Shown here in pieces: positions 1 to 7,835 of a DNA stretch of 64,000 nt. Under the pieces are notes generated by a model. It made no database searches. It saw only the letters and a program-made list of their open reading frames with translations, and had not been told where the DNA came from. The position numbers were made by a program, and so were the translations under genes. Source of the DNA: Calditrichia bacterium (GTDB lineage Bacteria > Calditrichota > Calditrichia > JAJRVZ01); the NCBI GenBank assembly GCA_963777955.1, contig CAVZSQ010000013.1, positions 480,001 through 544,000 of the forward strand, given 5' to 3'. Position 1 is the first letter of the stretch; every line of letters starts with the position of its first letter.

Positions 1-17
1 AGAATTGTCAGCAAATA

Positions 18-932
18 TTATTTCATATTTGTTTTATATGACTGTTTTACTAAAGACAATATGTATTCTATGTTTTCATCATCGTTTATTTGTATTTCAT
101 AATCACCATTGCCCCAGTGTCCTACATTGGAGACATCTCTCATTAGTCCTTTCGGATCATCTAATTCGCCTTTTTTTAGGTTTATCCACAACTTTAAAGA
201 ATTTTTTTGAACATGTATATCAACAATATTTGAACCACTGACAAATGCTATATATAATTTTTTTGGTTTAATTTCAATCTGACCTATGTTTAAAATCATT
301 AATTTTATCTTTTCATACAGTTCAACCATTTCATCAGAAGCATCAGCAAGGTGTTCTTCTTCTGTATATACCTTAATTTCTTTACTGACTGCTTTTATAT
401 TTTCATCTTTGATTGTGATTGTTTTTATACTTGCTTGTGCTTTTGAAGACTGAATCTGCTCGTACCCGATTGTTTGATTAGAATACTTCTTTATTATCCA
501 TAATGAAATCGGTAAATCTTTAAAATTAATAGATTCATTCTGATAAGCAGTAAAGGAAGGTGATATAAATATTACTCTTGATTGTGACCACTCAATGTCA
601 TCTCGTTTAATTGTGCGATTCTTATTTTCATTATATTCTAAAATAAACTCCGCCTTATTATTGAGCATTAGAGCTAGATATGTATATCCCTGATCTATGA
701 CACTAAAATTCCTGTCTTTTTTATATTCAATTATTACAAATGATTTTGATTCACGATCAAAGGCCAATGTATCGATTCTAAAATTATTAATAAAACATTC
801 TGATTTCACAATTTCTAAACCAAATAGTAATTCTAAGTTTTCTTCTGTTAGTTTTTGTATATCTTTTTCATATTTAAAAAATTCTTCTTTAATAAATGTT
901 AATTTATTATCAGAATTTTGATATAAAGCCAT
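18..932 (-). CDS. PD-(D/E)XK (NucS/DUF91-like) nuclease-domain protein with C-terminal DUF5655-like domain
   Basis: 305-aa ORF with N-terminal RIDTLAFD...VIIEYKK nuclease-type motif and C-terminal RDVSNVGHWGNGDYEI typical of DUF5655 proteins. Visibly much more AT-rich than its neighbours. Confidence 0.7.
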   Translation of the reverse strand: MALYQNSDNKLTFIKEEFFKYEKDIQKLTEENLELLFGLEIVKSECFINNFRIDTLAFDRESKSFVIIEYKKDRNFSVIDQGYTYLALMLNNKAEFILEYNENKNRTIKRDDIEWSQSRVIFISPSFTAYQNESINFKDLPISLWIIKKYSNQTIGYEQIQSSKAQASIKTITIKDENIKAVSKEIKVYTEEEHLADASDEMVELYEKIKLMILNIGQIEIKPKKLYIAFVSGSNIVDIHVQKNSLKLWINLKKGELDDPKGLMRDVSNVGHWGNGDYEIQINDDENIEYILSLVKQSYKTNMK

Positions 933-1146
933 CAAATCCTCTCTTTATTATTGCTCTAGCAATCAACATGAATGAAAAACCTACGATATATTATGAACTT
1001 TTATTTAATGGAAGAATCAAGGAATCTCGATTTGAATTTGTACTGATCTATTGATAGATATAATATAATCAGTATTTTCAAGGCACATACTGAAAATATT
1101 CCTTTACCAGTCATACGCTATCTTTGATTTGCTTAAACTAATTGAC

Positions 1147-1184
1147 AAAAAAAATCCCAAATTATTTTACAACAATTTGGGATT
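1147..1184 (-). terminator. Rho-independent terminator ending the minus-strand operon
   Basis: Stem AATCCCAAATT (1153-1163) / AATTTGGGATT (1174-1184), followed on the minus strand by a T8 run, ~20 nt after the DUF456 stop codon. Confidence 0.8.
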
Positions 1185-1205
1185 CCATAGTTGGCCTGTC
1201 TATAA

Positions 1206-1709
1206 TTAATAGATTGTATACCCGATCATAATCAGCATGGTGACCGCAGCGCAGGTCTTGACCGACAATCCCCCGATTTTACCGATGAACGAACCGATTC
1301 CGGAGTTCAGTGCTGCGCGCAAATTATAGGACTTGAAGAATTCCAGCAAGGTGCCCCCTAAAAAGACTCCCAGCACAGACCCGATTATGGCACCGATGAC
1401 CGGGGTGACAAAGGCGCCGCTGATGGCTCCGGCTATTCCCCCGATAATGCTGCCGCTGATGCCCCACTTGGATGCGCCGTATCTCCTGGCTGCTACAATG
1501 ATCAGAAAATATTCTAAAGACTCGGAAATCAATACTATCAGAAAGAGGGTTAATACAAATGTGAAGGTAAAACTATTGAAACTCGTGATCAGACCATAAA
1601 CCAGTGAATCCAGGGCTATCAGTAAATTACCAGGCAGACCGAAAAAATTCGAAAAGAATGAACCCAGTACTGCGGTTAAAAAAACAATTTCAACGATCAG
1701 ATCCAACAT
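1206..1709 (-). CDS. DUF456 (YqgC-like) membrane protein
   Basis: 167 aa, hydrophobic. Motifs GLPGN and ARRYGASKWG...GSIIGGIAG...PVIGAIIG are characteristic of DUF456. Confidence 0.8.
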   Translation of the reverse strand: MLDLIVEIVFLTAVLGSFFSNFFGLPGNLLIALDSLVYGLITSFNSFTFTFVLTLFLIVLISESLEYFLIIVAARRYGASKWGISGSIIGGIAGAISGAFVTPVIGAIIGSVLGVFLGGTLLEFFKSYNLRAALNSGIGSFIGKIGGLSVKTCAAVTMLIMIGYTIY

Positions 1710-1721
1710 CGGCTGCTACAC

Positions 1722-2447
1722 CTATTTGTTTGAACCAGAGGCAAAGGCATAACGACGGGTTTTACTGTTTAATCCCAGTCTTTGCAATTCACCCCGCACC
1801 ATCAGCCAGCCAACCTTCATAAAACCATAATCTATGGTATTCAGTTGCTTCTTTATTTTATAGGCTCCGTATTCCGGATTTTTTCTGACAATCATCTTTA
1901 TTTTTTCTATTAACGATAAATCAGCAGTGGCCATTTCACCTCTTTCGATAATTGTCTCCGTTACTCCGGTCGCAGCCGCTGTTTTAGAAGCACCTGTTCC
2001 CGTAGCAGCAGTTGCTGCCGTCTCTTTACCGGCAACCACTTCCGGCTTCTTGAAACTGACTTCTTTGGCTACAGGTTTGCCCGCCGATTCCAAAACTTCG
2101 AACTTGTTGATAGCTTCGTCAACTGTGTCGTATACATCCAGAATATGATGGAATTCCAGCAACTCAAATATTTCATATACATCCGGTACCATTCGTACTA
2201 ATTTCAGATCTCCACCATTTTCCCTGATGGATTTAATTTCACTGATAAAGATACCCCAGCCCGCGCTGCTGATATAATCCACATTTCCCAGATCCACCAC
2301 AATAAAGAATCGCCCCTGTTTTAATAAAGAATCTAAAGCTCGCTCCAATTCTGAAGACGTAGTGGTATCAATGTAGCCACCCACTTTAATTATTGAAATC
2401 TGATTTCTGCTCCCGGCAACTTCTGCTGATACCTGAATGCCTTCCAT
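1722..2447 (-). CDS. STAS anti-sigma-factor antagonist (RsbV/SpoIIAA-like) with Ala/Thr linker and C-terminal HTH-like domain
   Basis: N-terminal STAS with GYID...VDLGNVDYISSAGWG (phospho-acceptor Ser motif), low-complexity linker and a ~55-aa C-terminal helical domain. GGAGG RBS upstream. Confidence 0.85.
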   Translation of the reverse strand: MEGIQVSAEVAGSRNQISIIKVGGYIDTTTSSELERALDSLLKQGRFFIVVDLGNVDYISSAGWGIFISEIKSIRENGGDLKLVRMVPDVYEIFELLEFHHILDVYDTVDEAINKFEVLESAGKPVAKEVSFKKPEVVAGKETAATAATGTGASKTAAATGVTETIIERGEMATADLSLIEKIKMIVRKNPEYGAYKIKKQLNTIDYGFMKVGWLMVRGELQRLGLNSKTRRYAFASGSNK

Positions 2448-2477
2448 TCAACTCCTCCTTAATCTGATTGGGACAAT

Positions 2478-5400
2478 CTAACCTTGGTTAGATTTCGATA
2501 GTAAATCGAGTATTGCCTTGTTCTTCAATAAATTTTTATTGGCAATTTTTTTACGTACTGCATCCAGATCAGATTGACCAGCTGAAACATCTTTGCTCGC
2601 CTTTTCTCTGATCTGCAGATTTTTTATCCCGACTTCGTTAATCTGTTCTAGTATTGTATTCAATAATATATTTTCTTTTTTTATGTATATCAACACTTCT
2701 TTAGCATTTTCAATAACAAACTGTTCTTCCAACTCCGCACTGTTCTCTGACAAAAATTCAATTACACTGATGACCTGGGTGAACAGTTGCCTTACATTCA
2801 GCATATCTTTTAAAAGATGGTGGGTGGATATAATTTTCAGGGATAGTACAATTTTTATAAAATCTTCCTTCTTAAAATTTCCGTCCGTCCAGTTTAAAAC
2901 GACATCATCGATTAATTTTAAATCATCCTGTATCGTATCGTAAAAAGTATCCAGTTTTTCCGGAGTGATTAGCTGAACAGGTGCAGCCAGCGTGGGCACT
3001 GTTTCTGCTTTCGGTTCTTCCGGAAGCGCCTGGAAAACATTTATCGGTACTGCCACCGAAGGTATTTTAGGCGGTGGAGTTGTTTCGACTTTGGATTCAA
3101 TACTCGCTTCCTTAACCGGTGCTGCAGGCGCTTTGAGTTTGCGGAGCCGCGGCGGAGTTATTTTAGCCTCTTTCGGCTTGTAAGTTTCTGTCTTGGTTTT
3201 AAAGTCAATCCTTGGTTCAGGAAGTTTTTCCTTGACCGGCGGTTTTTCGCTGACTGGTTGAATTGCATCTGCCGCAGGTATGCCCGCCTCAGCTGTTGCC
3301 GGTTCTTCAATTCTCTTTGAAACTAATTGTTTATCAGCAAACCTTTTTTCTGATTCCAGCGGCGGGGGCGGCATGAATTCAGCCGGTGCTTTGGTCCCGC
3401 GTTTTTCCGAAATAACTTTTTCTGCCGATTCATAATTCAGGATGACCTGGCCATCCAGGGTTAACAACGGTGTTCCGGGCAGTTTGATCCGCTTACGGCC
3501 GCCCCGCTTGATAAACGCTTCACGTTTTTCGGCAGTGGTCAGACGGGCATGTTTGAGTTCTTCGTAAATACGACGGGGTTCCAACAATGTAAAACTATAC
3601 TTTTCGGTATTCAATTCATCACTGATCCGCTTGGGCCCAAATTCAGGATTATTGCGTACTACTTCAAATAACTTGGTTTTATCTTCAATACTGATATGTT
3701 TTTTCTCGATATAATCTGTCTCATATAAAGCTTCCTTCAGTCCTTCCCAGCCAACTTCTTCTTTAATACGCTTGTACTTGCGGTACATATAAGGGGATAC
3801 CAGCATCTGCTCGCAGGCTTCTTTTACCGGAACCTTGACCTCTTCAATCAACCGGAACAGTTCCTTTTGAATGGCATATATGACTTCACCCTGCATTAAC
3901 TTTTCTTTGATCGCTACAAAAGTGATGTCATCGTTCTGAGGATATCCCTGGGTATGGTGTTTGATGTCGTCTTTCACCCGCTGGATGAATTCCGATACAT
4001 CATAGTTGGAAAACCGGCGAATTACATCCAGAAAGCGTTCTTCCCGGTATAATTCACGCTTGGGATTCATGGCTTCGGTAACACCATCGGTGTACAGAAC
4101 CAGCAGATCATCTTCCCGTAAACGTATTGTATCTGCCTGTATTTTCTGATCAAACAGGGTCAGATCCGGTAATTGAATACCTACCGGAAATCCGGATGGA
4201 TTTAAATAATAGGTCTGCTTGGTGCTGCCGCGATATAAGATCATCGGATTGTGGCCGGCACTGGCATAATGAATAATACGGTTACGGCTGTCCAGCACCA
4301 GATAAAACATGGTCACGAACATACCCCGCTTCATGTCATCGGTCACGAAACGGTTGACCTTGCTCAGTACATCGGCCGGATTTTTATTGCCGCGTGCTTC
4401 CAGACGCAGAGCAGTACGGATCATGGTCATGATCAACGATCCCGGTACGCCCTTTCCGGCCACATCGGCTACGCAGATACCGATCGTATCATTATCGACT
4501 TCCACGAAGTCGAACAGGTCTCCGCCCACTTCTTTGGCCGCTTCATAATAGGAGGCCAGTTCATACCCTTTTACCTGCGGGAAGTCGCTGGGCAATAACA
4601 TCTGCTGAATTTCCTGGGCAACCTGTAATTCTTTTTGCAGACGCTGCTGCTCGATCAGGTTAACCTGGGCCTCGCGGAACTTATTGGTCATCAGGTTAAA
4701 GGCCTGGGCAATTTCACCCAATTCGTCGGAAGCATCGATATCAATTTCGTCCTCATCGATGGTACCCTGGCCGACTTCCTTGACCCAATCAGCAAGGGAA
4801 TGGAAGGGGGTAACAATGCGGTCGATCAGAAAATAACTGCCTACATAACTGATTAAAAGAATTATTATAAGGTAAATGATCAGATTGGTTTTACTCTGAC
4901 TGGCCCGTGATTGGATATAATCGTCCGGGATCCAGATATGTGCCCAGCCGATTAATTCCCCCTGGCCGCGCAAACCGGTATGGATTTCGGCGGCAAAATC
5001 ATATAAGGTCAGAGTATCCTCAGCGGTATATTTATATACGCTCAGGTAGCGCAGAGTATCTCCGGTATCCACCACAGACTTCTTTTCGGGATAGTTATAA
5101 ATCCCCTGTGATTTTAGCGGTGTACTGCCGCTGACGATCTCCCGGGCCGAGTCGACAATGAATGTCTCATAAATCAGATCAGGATTATTTTTTTTGAGTG
5201 AATGAGCAAGGGAAAACAGATCCAGATACTGGTCTTTTTGTAAATATTCGGAACTATTATCGGCCAGCGAGAGGGACTGCACTTTGATGGTCTGGATTGC
5301 CTCATTCAGATTAGTTTCATCAACCTGAAAATACAATAATGAAAAGATGACTAAAGCTAAAAAGGTAATTATCACCGAAGCTGTAATGGTATGCCGTGTG

Positions 5401-5873
5401 CGCAGGGTCAGATCTTCCCAAAGGGCTTGCGGTTTGGTCTGCGGTATGACTTCACGCTGTTTGGTCAGACGTAATTCGTTGCCGCGGCTGGTAATATTGT
5501 ACTGGACATCATCCATCAACTTGCGCATCATGAAAATGCCCAGTCCACCCTTTTTACCGATCTGGATATATTTTTCCAGGTCCGGCGTGGAAGCCTGCCG
5601 CGGATCGTAACTGATACCCTGGTCGACGACAACGATGGTCAAACTCTGCCGGCGGACAATCGCCTTGATGGTGATCTCGCCGCCCTTGATATCACGGTAG
5701 CCATGGCGGATAATGTTCGTACAGGCTTCTTCGATAACCAGTTTGAAGGAGTTGATCAGGCGGTCTTCATATCTGTACTTTTTGCCGATGTGATCGATAA
5801 AATCCCTTACCTGGCCCAGATAACTCATCTGTGCCGGTATGGCGATCAATTCCTTTCTGACATTTCGAAACAT
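2478..5873 (-). CDS. Membrane-bound partner-switching sensor: RsbW-like Ser kinase (HATPase_c_2) - TM - periplasmic domain - TM - HAMP - SpoIIE/PP2C phosphatase - tandem HTH - Pro-rich linker - helical bundle
   Basis: Kinase motifs EEACTNIIRHGY, VDQGISYDP, GGLGIFMMRKLMD. Two TM segments. HAMP DELGEIAQAFNLM. PP2C motifs EVGGDLFD, ADVAGKG, SAGHNP, LYTDGVTEA, DDIT. Confidence 0.9.
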   Translation of the reverse strand: MFRNVRKELIAIPAQMSYLGQVRDFIDHIGKKYRYEDRLINSFKLVIEEACTNIIRHGYRDIKGGEITIKAIVRRQSLTIVVVDQGISYDPRQASTPDLEKYIQIGKKGGLGIFMMRKLMDDVQYNITSRGNELRLTKQREVIPQTKPQALWEDLTLRTRHTITASVIITFLALVIFSLLYFQVDETNLNEAIQTIKVQSLSLADNSSEYLQKDQYLDLFSLAHSLKKNNPDLIYETFIVDSAREIVSGSTPLKSQGIYNYPEKKSVVDTGDTLRYLSVYKYTAEDTLTLYDFAAEIHTGLRGQGELIGWAHIWIPDDYIQSRASQSKTNLIIYLIIILLISYVGSYFLIDRIVTPFHSLADWVKEVGQGTIDEDEIDIDASDELGEIAQAFNLMTNKFREAQVNLIEQQRLQKELQVAQEIQQMLLPSDFPQVKGYELASYYEAAKEVGGDLFDFVEVDNDTIGICVADVAGKGVPGSLIMTMIRTALRLEARGNKNPADVLSKVNRFVTDDMKRGMFVTMFYLVLDSRNRIIHYASAGHNPMILYRGSTKQTYYLNPSGFPVGIQLPDLTLFDQKIQADTIRLREDDLLVLYTDGVTEAMNPKRELYREERFLDVIRRFSNYDVSEFIQRVKDDIKHHTQGYPQNDDITFVAIKEKLMQGEVIYAIQKELFRLIEEVKVPVKEACEQMLVSPYMYRKYKRIKEEVGWEGLKEALYETDYIEKKHISIEDKTKLFEVVRNNPEFGPKRISDELNTEKYSFTLLEPRRIYEELKHARLTTAEKREAFIKRGGRKRIKLPGTPLLTLDGQVILNYESAEKVISEKRGTKAPAEFMPPPPLESEKRFADKQLVSKRIEEPATAEAGIPAADAIQPVSEKPPVKEKLPEPRIDFKTKTETYKPKEAKITPPRLRKLKAPAAPVKEASIESKVETTPPPKIPSVAVPINVFQALPEEPKAETVPTLAAPVQLITPEKLDTFYDTIQDDLKLIDDVVLNWTDGNFKKEDFIKIVLSLKIISTHHLLKDMLNVRQLFTQVISVIEFLSENSAELEEQFVIENAKEVLIYIKKENILLNTILEQINEVGIKNLQIREKASKDVSAGQSDLDAVRKKIANKNLLKNKAILDLLSKSNQG

Positions 5874-5882
5874 TTAATTGTC

Positions 5883-7783
5883 CTATTTATTTTGGCTGCG
5901 TTTCAGACGATCTTCCGCACCGCTGATCGCTTCCAGTACTTTTTTATTATAGGGGTGCTGTTTTAATATTTCCTGCCAGATCTCGATGGCTTCATTATAT
6001 CGTCCTAATAAAAACTTGTCCACCCCTTCCAGATAGCGGCGTTCGGCTTCCGGTTCCATTTTTTCCGTTTCGGCCAGTGCTTCAATCTTGGATTTGGTAT
6101 AATACTGGCGGATAAACTGATTGCCCGGATCCTGCGACAATACGTCCTCAAATATTTTCAAGGCGTCTTCGTATTGCCCGATATCAAATAACATCAAACC
6201 TTTCTGGATATTTTCCTGTAATTTAACTCTTTCAACTAATGTGTCAACCTCTTTTTTCACCTGCGAGTCATCGCTGCTGAGCAGGCGGGCTTCAGACAGC
6301 AGGCGCAGTGCTTCCGAATAATTTTCCTTCTCGAATTCCTGACGGGCCCGCAAGACCAGGGCATTGATATCCTCCCTCATCCGGCGCTGGGTGGTATTGA
6401 TCGCATCCCTGATCGGCTTATTCTCAGGATCACGTTCCAGCGCCTGATTAAAAGCAATTAAAGCCTCGGTGTACTGTTTTTTATCTAAGTATAATCGGCC
6501 TTTCTGGTACTGATCTTCAATAAATTTTTTATCAACTTCGGCGCGATTTTTATCGATGGCCGCTAAGATGGCCTGGTTCTGCCGATCGTCAATTTCCCGG
6601 CTCAATAAGACATTGGCCGAATCAAGCATGATCCTGGCTTGTTGATGGAAAGGCTCCTGGTTGATCACCTCGCGGTATTCAACCACGGCATCAAGATACT
6701 TCTTTTCCCTGAAATATGCATCTGCTTTCTGTAAATGGTCGGCAATGGATTTTTGTTTATCCGCTTCGCGAATTTCAGTAATGATGCGCTCCTCCTCCAA
6801 CCGTCTTCAATTCCTGTACGATGGCAAACATTTCATCGCGATTCATGCCAAAATTGGCCGTGAGTGAAATCCGGTGAATGGAAGACAACATGCCTTCGCT
6901 ACTGGGATTACCAAAGGCATAATCGATCTGGAACATACTGTATTGCACCCCGGCACCAAAAGCGATACCATTATTGCTATAACCTAACCGGACCCTGCCC
7001 ATATCCATAAAACTGTATTCAGTTCCAAAACCTACAGCCATGTCGGTATCCACGCTTTTGTCCAGATCCAGCAGTACATTCAGCGAATTACCTTCACCAA
7101 AAAAGGGGATCTTACGGGCATATACCAAAACGGAATACCAGCGGCAGAACATCAGCTGAACCACCTTCGCCCACCTGTGGCGGAAATAGATTTTCCAGAT
7201 TGAGACCTAACGACCAGTCACGCATATACGGGGAGAGACTGAAAGTCGGCCGGTACATTAATCCTAAATCCATGCCCACACCAACGCCTACTGTCTTGCC
7301 ATAACCGGTCAGACCGGGCCAGGCCGAGCGGTTTACTTTGACGGATAAACCGCCTGCCAGATCCCAGGGAAGTTTCAGACCATATGAAAAATACACCTGA
7401 TATCTTTCCCGCGAAAAGGTAGCCAGATCCTCAAAATTTCGATTGGTTTGGGGAATATCCCCAATTCCTATCCGTGCAATACCTATGGCGAAGGTACCCA
7501 GATCCAGGGTTGGATAGGCATATCCTAGAAAGTCATAAGAGGCACCTTCGTACAGGGAAGCATGAAATAAGGTCACGCTCTGCTGGTAGATGTAATCCAG
7601 ACCGGCCGGATTCCAATAAACAGCAGTGGGATCATCGGCCAGTGCTGTAAAGGCATTGCCCATGCCCATGGCCCGGGCCCCAAAGCCAAAATCAAACAAA
7701 CTGCGCGTGCCGGCCTGCCCATTTCCATCCTGGGCCATCAATATGCCGGGCAAGAATATCAGAAGTAATAAAAATTTCTTCAT
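5883..7783 (-). CDS. PorV/PorQ-like outer-membrane beta-barrel fused to C-terminal TPR domain (reconstructed across two frameshifts, ~7115 and ~6800)
   Basis: Signal peptide MKKFLLLL and GARAMGMGNAFTALADDPTAVYWNPAGL (PorV/FadL-like N-terminus). Barrel continues in ORF 6775-7164 to HRISLTANFG. Removing one base gives VQELKRLEEERII, continuing into TPR ORF 5883-6800. Confidence 0.7.
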
Positions 7784-7835
7784 AGGCATACCCTGTATAT
7801 ACTTATAACTTTTAATTCTCATCTCGACAACTCAC

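Noticed and set aside
3513..3869. Transposase-like HTH considered as an inserted IS element
   Set aside because: It is in frame within an intact 1131-aa ORF, with no DDE domain, terminal inverted repeats or target duplication visible. Treated as a domesticated domain instead.
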